IMG/VR virus record: IMGVR_UViG_3300032241_002567
Coordinates: 79,837 to 143,836 of that record
DNA from: a virus
Strand: one strand, 5' to 3'
DNA: 64,000 bases
Within the stretch, counting starts at the first letter, position 1; each line of letters opens with the position of its first letter. Shown here piece by piece: positions 49,754 through 58,627 of the stretch. Position numbers and translations under genes: made by a program. The notes beneath the pieces are model-generated. The model searched no databases. It saw only the letters and a program-made list of their open reading frames with translations, and was not told where the DNA came from.

Positions 49754-50215
49754 TATTTGATTAATTCTATTTTCTCTGAATTTGGCCAATTCAACTAAAA
49801 CGCCAGAAGAAATCATATCATAAATAAACTGTTTATGAATTTCTTTATCAGTAGATATATACATTATATCATTTAATTTTATTTTAACTGGCTTTAATGT
49901 GAACCTATCGAAATAAACATCATAAACATCTCCTTGTATAAAATTTTCTTTTGTAGGACCAGTATAAAGATGTTTAATTATAATTGGTTTCCACTTTATT
50001 TCTGGGTTAATAATTAAATTAATTGTATCTTTATCTCTACAATAGACTTCAACTTTACCATAAGATTCAATTATAGAGTCCTTTTCTTCCATCAAAGAAT
50101 CTAAAAAATTCTCCACTTCATATTTGATATTACTTCTAACATAATCAGAATTTTGTTTTCCAATCCATTTATTAATAATAATTTTTATATCTTGTTGTAT
50201 TGTTTCTCTATCCAT
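49742..50215 (-). CDS. Hypothetical protein with C-terminal FRENRINQILED motif
   Basis: ORF track. Confidence 0.6.
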   Translation of the reverse strand: MDRETIQQDIKIIINKWIGKQNSDYVRSNIKYEVENFLDSLMEEKDSIIESYGKVEVYCRDKDTINLIINPEIKWKPIIIKHLYTGPTKENFIQGDVYDVYFDRFTLKPVKIKLNDIMYISTDKEIHKQFIYDMISSGVLVELAKFRENRINQILED

Positions 50216-50451
50216 TATAAATCCTTTAAGAATTCATCTAAATCAATATCTTCTATTTCAGATATAGTTTTGTTATTAGTTTCTAAATATTTCTTTTTGT
50301 ATTCTTCTCTTATTTCCGTAACGTGCGGGCAGTTATTACAATATTTGTTTGTTTTTTTAAACTCATCAATTGACTTTTTCTCACCACAACCTTCACAAAC
50401 TTTATATAAAGCATTTTCTCTGGCTTTTTCAAATAATTTTCCCTTAACCAT
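50215..50451 (-). CDS. Small zinc-finger protein
   Basis: CEGC..F....YCNNC. Confidence 0.65.
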   Translation of the reverse strand: MVKGKLFEKARENALYKVCEGCGEKKSIDEFKKTNKYCNNCPHVTEIREEYKKKYLETNNKTISEIEDIDLDEFLKDL

Positions 50452-50496
50452 ATAAATTTATTTTTAATTTATATGGTTTGCTCCATGATTTGTTTT

Positions 50497-51450
50497 TTAA
50501 CTTTTAATACTTGTTGAAGTTAAAATTTCAGCAGCATCTTGACCTCTTGAAGAATTATCAGCACTAATTAAATTTTTTCTATAAACCGTTTCTATTTTAT
50601 ATTTTTCTTTATTAAAAAAATCTTGAAATAAATCTAAATCATGATTACTATAAATTATATAGTCTAAATTATCTACATAAGTTAAAAGTTTTAACTGCTC
50701 TTCTTTTCCGAATGCATCTTTATTATAAGAATTCTCTTTTATATCTTTATTCATATATGGTGGATCAAAATAAAAAATAGATTCTTTAGATAAATGTTTA
50801 AAATTTTCAATAAATTCATCATAGGGTAAATTGTAAAAAGAAACATTTACCTCATTAAAAAATTTATTATATTCTTTAATAGTATTATATCTATTTTCTA
50901 AATTAATCTTTTTATTAGTCCAACCATAAGGTGAATTATTCATTCCTGATTTATTTTCTCTATATAATCCATTAAAAGCTCTATACATTATAAATAAAAA
51001 ATAAGCAGCTGAATTAACATCACCTATGTTATTTTTAACTCTATTAAATTGTTTGCGTATATCTAAATAATAATTATTAGCATTTAACATTAATGTTTTT
51101 AAGGCTTCTTTATCTTTTGTTTTGTTTAAAACAAATGACTCTTCTGGAATTAAAGAAGTATGTTTAATTTCTATTTCTGATAATTTTTGGAATAATTCTT
51201 CATGGTTTGTTTTAACCATTAAATAAACATTTATTAAACTCTTATTAATATCATTAAGAATTAATTTTTCAATTTTAAATTTTTTAAATGTTTCAATAGA
51301 GCCGATTACCGAACCTAAACTACCACAAAATGGTTCAATATAATATTTTATTTTATTATTATATTCTAAAATATTTTTAATTTCTGTATTTATTTTTGAT
51401 GAAAGCCATTTTTTGCCTCCTATCCAATCGAAAAGTTTTGTATCTATCAT
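50497..51450 (-). CDS. Dam-like (D12 class) DNA adenine methyltransferase
   Basis: WIGGK, EPFCGS, LNDIN, FNGLYREN-G-N-PYG, YFDPPY. Confidence 0.9.
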   Translation of the reverse strand: MIDTKLFDWIGGKKWLSSKINTEIKNILEYNNKIKYYIEPFCGSLGSVIGSIETFKKFKIEKLILNDINKSLINVYLMVKTNHEELFQKLSEIEIKHTSLIPEESFVLNKTKDKEALKTLMLNANNYYLDIRKQFNRVKNNIGDVNSAAYFLFIMYRAFNGLYRENKSGMNNSPYGWTNKKINLENRYNTIKEYNKFFNEVNVSFYNLPYDEFIENFKHLSKESIFYFDPPYMNKDIKENSYNKDAFGKEEQLKLLTYVDNLDYIIYSNHDLDLFQDFFNKEKYKIETVYRKNLISADNSSRGQDAAEILTSTSIKS

Positions 51451-52388
51451 TTATTTATAATATTTTGTAATGAAAATTTACCTCTTCCAAACTCATGAGT
51501 TAAAGTTTCTATTGTTGCTTTTTTTGTTTTATAAATTTTTATCAATTCTTCATATCTTGATTTTATATTTTCAATTTCCTTATCTGTTAGAGGCTTTCCT
51601 TGATTAAAATATGGATTTTGTGTATCCTTTTTTATTATATCATAACCAAAATTAATTTCATCTAATTTAGGTAGAAAATAATTATAAGATTCTTTGTTTA
51701 ATTCAAATCCTTTTACTTTTCTTCCTAATCTTAGAGCACAGTCGGCTGTCGTAAAATTACCCATAAAGAAGTCACATACAATATCACCTTCATTTGAAGA
51801 ATATTGTATCATTTTTTCTACTAATTTATTTGGCAACTTATTTACATTTTTAATTTCACCAGGTCTATATTCTTTGTTTATAACCCAAACATCTTCTAAA
51901 TCATTATAAAGAGCAGATTTTCCATCAATCTTGTCTAATTGAGTAAACCGACAATTAGTATTGAATACTCTTTTATTTGAGCTTTTACACAAATAAAAAA
52001 TATGATAATGTGATGAAACATATTTTTTAGTAGTATTTACGCCAAAATTATATTTCCAAATAATATGGTTTATTTCTATTAACTCTAATTTTTCTATTGC
52101 TTTATAAAAAGATAATAAATTAGTCCAACCAGAAATTATATACATAGAACCAGAGTCTTTTAATATTCTAGTAGCTTCAGTCATCCAATCTAAAGTAAAT
52201 TTATCATAGTCAGTTGGTGCTTCAACATATCCTTCTAAAATATTTGAATTATTTCGATTATAATGTTTATCAAACTTTTTTTCTTCGATTCCAAATGGAC
52301 TATCACATATTATAAGATCGATAGATTTATCTTTTATGTATTTTTTGGAACCTACAACACAATCTTCGTTCCATATTTCATAATTCAT
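51447..52388 (-). CDS. Beta-class N4/N6 DNA methyltransferase with variant motifs
   Basis: IDLIICDSPF (motif IV variant), HIIWKY, DVW, P-KLVE, DFFMGNFTT (motif I variant). Confidence 0.8.
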   Translation of the reverse strand: MNYEIWNEDCVVGSKKYIKDKSIDLIICDSPFGIEEKKFDKHYNRNNSNILEGYVEAPTDYDKFTLDWMTEATRILKDSGSMYIISGWTNLLSFYKAIEKLELIEINHIIWKYNFGVNTTKKYVSSHYHIFYLCKSSNKRVFNTNCRFTQLDKIDGKSALYNDLEDVWVINKEYRPGEIKNVNKLPNKLVEKMIQYSSNEGDIVCDFFMGNFTTADCALRLGRKVKGFELNKESYNYFLPKLDEINFGYDIIKKDTQNPYFNQGKPLTDKEIENIKSRYEELIKIYKTKKATIETLTHEFGRGKFSLQNIINK

Positions 52389-52462
52389 AAAATAGATTTT
52401 ATTTATTCTATATGTAATTATTAAAATGTTTCAACATATTAATTTATAAAAATATAAATTAA

Positions 52463-53815
52463 ATGACGGTAAATGATATTTTAAACAAAAGTTGTGTATT
52501 TAACGATAAAGATAAAGAATTAATTAAAAAAGAAGGCGTAGTTTTTACGAATAAAGAAATCTGTTTTCAAATTATAGAAAAATTAAAACCTACTATTGTT
52601 GATAAAATATGCGAACCAAGTGTTGGTAAAGGTATTTTTGTTTTTTGTTTGTTAGAATATTTTAGAAATAATGGAGAAACATTAGAAAATATTATTTGGT
52701 TTGTAGAAAATAATTTATGGTGTTATGATATAAATAAAGATTTTATTGAAGAATTTAAATTTTTATTAAATCAATATTTCTCTTTATTTGGTATAACTAA
52801 TTTAAATTTTAAAAATATTTATACAGAAGATTTCTTATTACAAAATAATAAATGGGATATAATTTTTGGAAATCCACCTTATGTTAGAATTCAAAATTTA
52901 GATAAAGAATATTTAAATGAGTTAAAAATAAATTTAGATTCTGTTAAACTTGGAAATATTGATTTATATTATGCGTTTATTGAAAAATCATTAAAATCCG
53001 CGGAAAAAGTTGGATTCATTATTCCTAATTCTTGGATAAAATCTAAATCAGGAGAATTTTTAAGAGAATTATTAAAAGACAAAATAATTTATTTACATGA
53101 TTTCGGTTTAGAAAAGATTTGGAAAACTATATCTACTTATACTTGCATTTTAATTTGTGGAAAAACTGATAATAACTATAATTTTAATAATACTAAAATA
53201 GATTTATCTAATTATATAAATTATTGCAGTGTTGGAATTGCTACGTTGAAAGATAATGTTTATAAAATAGATTCTTTTGACGATAATTTCTGTTTTAAGG
53301 GCGGTTTTAAGATAGAGAAGGAAATGTGTAAGAAAATAATTAAAGCCACCAAATCAAAAAGTATTGACGATTACACATACATAATTTATCCTTATGTTGG
53401 TAATAAAATTATGCAGGAAGAATTCATAAAATTAAATTATCCTAATGCTTATAAATATTTTTTATCCATAAAAGAAGAATTAAAAACTAGAGATGCTGGT
53501 AAAACGGATAAGTATGAAGACTGGTATGCTTATGGTAGAAAACAAGGCTTATTAAAAGAATCAAATGGTAAAAGAATTTTATTACCATTAACTTTTAGAA
53601 AATCAAATGGCATTCATTATATCGAATTAACTGATGATATATTAAATTTATCCGGAATTTTAGTAGATGTAAAAAAAGAAAAGTTTGATGAATTTATTAA
53701 GATAATAAAATCAAACCAATTTTTAGATTATTTGGAAAAAAATAATAAAGTTTTAACAGATAAAAAAGGATCTGATGATATGTTTTTAACTTTAACAAGT
53801 AAGAATTTTAAATAA
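52463..53815 (+). CDS. Gamma-class N6-adenine methyltransferase (Eco57I/TaqI-like)
   Basis: VVFT, EPSVGKGIF, DIIFGNPPYVR, DLYYAF, FIIPNSW, WYAYGR. Confidence 0.88.
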   Translation: MTVNDILNKSCVFNDKDKELIKKEGVVFTNKEICFQIIEKLKPTIVDKICEPSVGKGIFVFCLLEYFRNNGETLENIIWFVENNLWCYDINKDFIEEFKFLLNQYFSLFGITNLNFKNIYTEDFLLQNNKWDIIFGNPPYVRIQNLDKEYLNELKINLDSVKLGNIDLYYAFIEKSLKSAEKVGFIIPNSWIKSKSGEFLRELLKDKIIYLHDFGLEKIWKTISTYTCILICGKTDNNYNFNNTKIDLSNYINYCSVGIATLKDNVYKIDSFDDNFCFKGGFKIEKEMCKKIIKATKSKSIDDYTYIIYPYVGNKIMQEEFIKLNYPNAYKYFLSIKEELKTRDAGKTDKYEDWYAYGRKQGLLKESNGKRILLPLTFRKSNGIHYIELTDDILNLSGILVDVKKEKFDEFIKIIKSNQFLDYLEKNNKVLTDKKGSDDMFLTLTSKNFK

Positions 53816-53846
53816 AAAAGAGGAAGTTTAAACTTCCTCTTTTTTA
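53813..53846. terminator. Loopless 34-nt palindrome including both stop codons
   Basis: taaaaaagaggaagttt|aaacttcctctttttta. Confidence 0.85.
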
Positions 53847-54299
53847 ATAGATTTCTGATACTATTTCCCTTAATTTTTCAATTTGTGCTTTATCCAATTT
53901 AGATAAATTTGTATTTATACAATCTATCAATTGATTACTATTTAAAATATTTACTAATGGATTTACTACTTTAGTAATATTTTGTTGTATTACAACTTTA
54001 GGTTTTATATTTTGGTTATAATAATCTAATCCTTTTTGATTTAATTTCCATCTTTTATATTGTTGAGTTTCATCACAATCGAAAAAATCTTTTTTATTTG
54101 AAAAAACGGCAGTTAATTCCGCACTTAATTGGTGTTTTAATTCTGTATCTGTTTTTGTAATATTCTTCTTTATGTAAGAATCTTTTTTTCGTTTAACTTC
54201 ATGATTATGATTTTTGTATAATTCCTTTAATAGTGTTGGACCATCTACCCAATTTAACGACATTTCAATTACAAAATTAGTTTTATTAAATTTACTCAT
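53844..54299 (-). CDS. Hypothetical protein, possibly winged-helix
   Basis: Start adjusted to ATG 54299 (MSKFNK). Confidence 0.55.
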   Translation of the reverse strand: MSKFNKTNFVIEMSLNWVDGPTLLKELYKNHNHEVKRKKDSYIKKNITKTDTELKHQLSAELTAVFSNKKDFFDCDETQQYKRWKLNQKGLDYYNQNIKPKVVIQQNITKVVNPLVNILNSNQLIDCINTNLSKLDKAQIEKLREIVSEIY

Positions 54300-54361
54300 T
54301 TTTTTTTTATTTTTATAAAAAAAAAAATTAAAAAGTTTAAAAAACAAGTTGTTTTCCCTTA

Positions 54362-55147
54362 TTAAATAAATTCATATGATTTTTCTAATTTTTCTATTAA
54401 TTCTCCTTTGCCTATACTTCTTGGACCAGCTGTGTTATTATGCTCCCATTCCAAATTTTTTATCATTTCTTTTATTTGATTATCAGATTTAATAAAATAA
54501 TGCGATTGTTCCGATTTATCTTCTATATCATCATATATTTTACCTGCATAAAATCCCACTCTTCTAAAAGCATAATCAGGACTTTCATTTTTTTTAACAA
54601 AAGAAAATAAATTTGTTGTTGTTTTTGATTTTTTTATTACTCTTTTTTCCAGTTTTCTTTCCCAGATTTGAAAAACACAAGGAACTATATAGGTTTTACC
54701 CAATAAAGTAAATGAATTATCTTCTAAATCAATCTCATTTTCTAAATGATAGAAAATAGGTATTTTTCTTTTAAAAGAATCTTTTTTGAAAGATTTAGGC
54801 AATATGAAAGCAATTGTGTTTATACCTAATTCATCACATTTTTTAATAAAATTAAAAGCAAGTGATCCTTGATTGCCAAATGGAGGATTACCTACGACTA
54901 GTATATTTTTATAATTTCCTTTTATTTTGAAATCAAACCAATTTTGTTTGATAATTACATCGCTTTCTGGCTCAATATCTATACCAATTTTATTTTGATG
55001 ATCAATAATATTGTAAAAAGAGCCATTACCAGCAGAAGGTTCAATTATATAATCATATTCGTCTAAATTTAGAGTTTCTAATAATTTTTTTGATACTTCT
55101 TGCTTTGTGTAAAATTTATCATTATCATGTTTTTTATTTTTTGCCAT
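54362..55147 (-). CDS. N6-adenine DNA methyltransferase
   Basis: DKFYT, EPSAGNGSF, DIEP, VGNPPFG, AFILP, VPCVFQIW. Confidence 0.88.
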   Translation of the reverse strand: MAKNKKHDNDKFYTKQEVSKKLLETLNLDEYDYIIEPSAGNGSFYNIIDHQNKIGIDIEPESDVIIKQNWFDFKIKGNYKNILVVGNPPFGNQGSLAFNFIKKCDELGINTIAFILPKSFKKDSFKRKIPIFYHLENEIDLEDNSFTLLGKTYIVPCVFQIWERKLEKRVIKKSKTTTNLFSFVKKNESPDYAFRRVGFYAGKIYDDIEDKSEQSHYFIKSDNQIKEMIKNLEWEHNNTAGPRSIGKGELIEKLEKSYEFI

Positions 55148-55156
55148 ATTTATTTT

Positions 55157-55690
55157 TTATTTTTCTAATAAAGAATTTTCTTTTAATATAACATTTAAGA
55201 AGTTTTTCTTTGTTATACCGCATTGAATTCTTTTTTGTTTTTTATGATCTCTTTTAAATCTTAAAGAAATAATAGATTCGCCATATAATTTTGAATATTT
55301 TTCTCTATATTCTTTCCACTTTTTATCATCTGACTTATCATTTGATATATCTTTCATTTCATTTAACATATCAACAATTATAGTTTTATCACCAAAATAC
55401 TTTTGCCAATTTTCTTTTTTAATCAAAACTTTATATTCTTCATTAATATTTTCTTTATTACCTTCCCAAAATCCTAAATATAGTATAAAATCAGTTTCGA
55501 CTTCTGTTTGTCGCCTAAAATCACCAAAATCAATACTACCTTTTTTTGATATACATTTTATAGATGTCGGTAAATTATATTCTTTGTTAAATCCATCCCA
55601 TTTGCCAGTATAATTTTCATTTTCTATCAATTTATTTTCATTTATTATTCTTTCTTGATATAAAAACCCGTGTTGTTGTCTTTCAGCCAT
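55157..55690 (-). CDS. Putative restriction-type endonuclease paired with the methyltransferase
   Basis: QQHGF-Y, KWD...SIK (PD-xK-like), IDFGD, RIQC; directly upstream of MTase. Confidence 0.55.
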   Translation of the reverse strand: MAERQQHGFLYQERIINENKLIENENYTGKWDGFNKEYNLPTSIKCISKKGSIDFGDFRRQTEVETDFILYLGFWEGNKENINEEYKVLIKKENWQKYFGDKTIIVDMLNEMKDISNDKSDDKKWKEYREKYSKLYGESIISLRFKRDHKKQKRIQCGITKKNFLNVILKENSLLEK

Positions 55691-55791
55691 AGTATATATG
55701 ATTATTTTTATGTATAATATACACTTATATTACATCAAAGATTAATTTTTACAAAAAAGACCTTATTTGCTTGAAGATACTTTATCAAACA

Positions 55792-55998
55792 TCATAAAAT
55801 TATATCATTTGTTTCTATACCATTTTTGGTTAAAAAATCTAAAAGTATTAATTCAATTAATCTGCTTTTATTGGTTGTTAATTTTTCAATTTTTTCTAAA
55901 ACTTGATTATTTATACATAATCCTATTTTCTTTTTCTTTTTTATAACCTTTAATTTATTTTCTACAGTATATATAAATAAAATTATGCTCCCTACCAT
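55792..55998 (-). CDS. Small RHH-like protein (start uncertain, possibly degraded)
   Basis: KKKIGLCINNQVLEKIE..NKSRLIELIL. Confidence 0.45.
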   Translation of the reverse strand: MVGSIILFIYTVENKLKVIKKKKKIGLCINNQVLEKIEKLTTNKSRLIELILLDFLTKNGIETNDIIL

Positions 55999-56036
55999 AA
56001 TTTTTCAACTTTTTTTTAAATTAATATATACTTTTT

Positions 56037-56324
56037 ATGAAAAATTTTTACTATTTAATCGAAAAGGACAAAACACCTTCAGATGAAACTGATTTTGATA
56101 TACTCATGTGTATAAAAGACGACACAAGCGCCAATCATTTCAAAATTGATGGAAAATTATATGAAAAATATGATTGCACTGGTAAAGTTACTTGGTCTCA
56201 TGATTATAATGAAATCATCATCTACTCGGAAAATAAACAGAACGGAATTATAGCAATTTTTAATAAAAAATGTGACTACGAAAAATTTACAATTTGGGAA
56301 AATGGGAAGAAAAAAACTAAATAA
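56037..56324 (+). CDS. Hypothetical protein
   Basis: ORF track; late motif at 56022. Confidence 0.55.
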   Translation: MKNFYYLIEKDKTPSDETDFDILMCIKDDTSANHFKIDGKLYEKYDCTGKVTWSHDYNEIIIYSENKQNGIIAIFNKKCDYEKFTIWENGKKKTK

Positions 56325-56478
56325 AGAGAATAAAAAACCTATATTAACGGTTAATATAAATGAAAATCTACTTACTAAAGTAGATAAACTTTTAGAAGAA
56401 AAAGGAGAATTGCGTTCAAGATTAGTTGAGCAGTTATTAGAAGAGTATATTGAAAAAAATAAAGATAAATTAATTTAA
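56302..56478 (+). CDS. RHH-like DNA-binding protein
   Basis: MGRKK..LTVNINENLL-KVD...RSRLVEQLL. Confidence 0.65.
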   Translation: MGRKKLNKENKKPILTVNINENLLTKVDKLLEEKGELRSRLVEQLLEEYIEKNKDKLI

Positions 56479-57143
56479 TTTAAATTATAAATATAATAAA
56501 TATTTCCAAAATTATCCTTTTCTATTGATTCTTTTATATTTTTAAAGGAATCTTTTATTATATTTCTATATAGGTTTATCTTTACTTTATTATCAGTTTC
56601 TCCTATAGAAAGTGTAAAAATTTTCATCCTATTACAAAAATCAGAAATAATAAATGATATTCTTTTCATCAATGGTAATAATTCTTCATAACCAGTTTCT
56701 TTCTCAATTATATTTTTCAACTGATCATAATTTCTGTTACCATTAGACAATTCTTTTTTATAATCTAAATATTGTTGTTTTGTAGTCATTACTACATTAT
56801 AAGTATCTATTCCATTAACTATATAAAATAAATATAACAAAACATAATCATGATTATTCAAATCAAAATATAATTCATAATCAAATTTATTATTATAAAA
56901 TATATTATTAATTCTCACTGCACGATATTTAGTATATTCCGGTGTTATTTTAATCTCATTAATAAATCCATATTTCTCAAAATATTCAAAAGGCATTATT
57001 TTAGAATAAGAATATTTCTTTTTCGGATGGTGCTTCAAATCTTCTCCAAAATAATTTAATATAAAATCAGTTGATTTTTTTTCTCTTATAAATTGTCTAA
57101 GTAAATCATTTTTTTCCTTAGTCCAAACTTCATTAAAATCCAT
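56475..57143 (-). CDS. Hypothetical protein
   Basis: ORF track; internal FEYF...FINE motif. Confidence 0.6.
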   Translation of the reverse strand: MDFNEVWTKEKNDLLRQFIREKKSTDFILNYFGEDLKHHPKKKYSYSKIMPFEYFEKYGFINEIKITPEYTKYRAVRINNIFYNNKFDYELYFDLNNHDYVLLYLFYIVNGIDTYNVVMTTKQQYLDYKKELSNGNRNYDQLKNIIEKETGYEELLPLMKRISFIISDFCNRMKIFTLSIGETDNKVKINLYRNIIKDSFKNIKESIEKDNFGNIYYIYNLN

Positions 57144-57150
57144 ATTAATA

Positions 57151-58437
57151 TTACTTTAATGGACCTTTTGACACAGGTTCTTTTTTCTTTTTCTTCTCTT
57201 CTCCACCTTTTCGAATCTCGTCTAGAATCGTCGGATAGACATTTCCTTCCCCATCTTTATCAATTTTAGTATCGAGGTCAAACCAATCACCAAAATTTAC
57301 TAAACCCTTTTTACCTAATTCAAATTCAGATTTTTTATTAAAATATGTATCAATATATAATCCTATGTCATCAATAAATTTATTAAATATATTTAATAAA
57401 TTACCTGTTATAATACCAATAGGTTCTTTTAATTTGTATTTAAAGGAAAAGAAAATGCATTTAAAAATATATTCGAACTTTGGTTCTAGTAAATGCTCTT
57501 TGGTTATTTTATTTAAAATTATTTCTTTATTAATTCTAAATTTATCTTTATTAAAAAATTCAGGAACTATAATATCCCAATTTAAAATATCTTTACCAAC
57601 TTCTGAAATATACATATTAAATAATCTACTTATTAAATAACTATATACGTCATCTCTTTTTTCACCTTTTAATTTGATTTCCTTTAAACTAACACTCTGG
57701 CAAAAATTTAAGAAATTTATTAATATAAGGCAATATTCATCTAAATAAGTTGTTAAATTTCTTTTACTTATTTTACTATAAAGAGGATTTAAAATAGCAA
57801 AATTTAATTGAGCATTTTCTGATCTTAATATAATTTTTTCAACATTATCATTAAATTCATTATCCATTAAAAAGGAATGAGATAATTGCGGATTTAATAA
57901 TTTATAAAAAAAGAAAGAAAATGATTTTTCACCAAATACATATTCCAAATCTTCTTCCGAAGTATTTAAAAAATACTTAATTGCTTCAATCATCCTATCA
58001 GTTAATTTACCTTTAAAGATAAAAGGTAATGGCTCTACATCAAAAAGTCTAGAATATTCTTCTATTTCTTCAACATTAAAATCTTCTTTACCTTTTTTAA
58101 TAATAGCAGAAAGTATTAAATTATGTTTTGGTTTTCTATTATAATCAACCAAATCAGTCGGAAAATATCTAAAGCAAAACCACCATTTCTTATTTATTAA
58201 AGACTTTATACGATTATCTAAATTAGTTAAATAAGAATAACATTTACCATAATAAGTTTCATTAGATTCATCAATAAAATTAATAGGATCAGCATTTAAA
58301 TCAGGCTTAATTATAAAATCTTCACCATCCCATTTTACATAAATAGAAGTTCCTTTAACATCTTCAAAGACTATTAATTCTTCTTTGAAAATATCATCCA
58401 ATATTTTATCATTATTTATATCATTTATAATTATCAT
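57151..58437 (-). CDS. RNA-ligase-fold protein with degenerate active site
   Basis: VFEDVKGT in place of EKxDG, LPFIFKG, VEKIILR; start moved to ATG 58437. Confidence 0.5.
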   Translation of the reverse strand: MIIINDINNDKILDDIFKEELIVFEDVKGTSIYVKWDGEDFIIKPDLNADPINFIDESNETYYGKCYSYLTNLDNRIKSLINKKWWFCFRYFPTDLVDYNRKPKHNLILSAIIKKGKEDFNVEEIEEYSRLFDVEPLPFIFKGKLTDRMIEAIKYFLNTSEEDLEYVFGEKSFSFFFYKLLNPQLSHSFLMDNEFNDNVEKIILRSENAQLNFAILNPLYSKISKRNLTTYLDEYCLILINFLNFCQSVSLKEIKLKGEKRDDVYSYLISRLFNMYISEVGKDILNWDIIVPEFFNKDKFRINKEIILNKITKEHLLEPKFEYIFKCIFFSFKYKLKEPIGIITGNLLNIFNKFIDDIGLYIDTYFNKKSEFELGKKGLVNFGDWFDLDTKIDKDGEGNVYPTILDEIRKGGEEKKKKKEPVSKGPLK

Positions 58438-58571
58438 CAAACCAAATAATTTTAACAAAAACTAATAGTATATATTAATATTATATATTAGTAGTATATA
58501 TTATATCATGATGTTGCCGATCTTTTAATTTTTTGCGTCAAGATATTTGATAAAAAAAAGTTACGAAAGAT

Positions 58572-58602
58572 TTTGATTTTAAATAATTTTTCTGTATTTT
58601 TG
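58572..58602 (+). promoter_or_regulatory. Bacteroidota sigmaA-type promoter (TTTG-N19-TATTTTTG)
   Basis: Consensus and spacing match. Confidence 0.65.
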
Positions 58603-58627
58603 TAAAAATGACAATTAATTAATTATA

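Noticed and set aside
58459-58510. Replication origin (repeated tagtatatatta)
   Set aside because: Adequately explained as stacked copies of the late promoter motif; no skew analysis possible.
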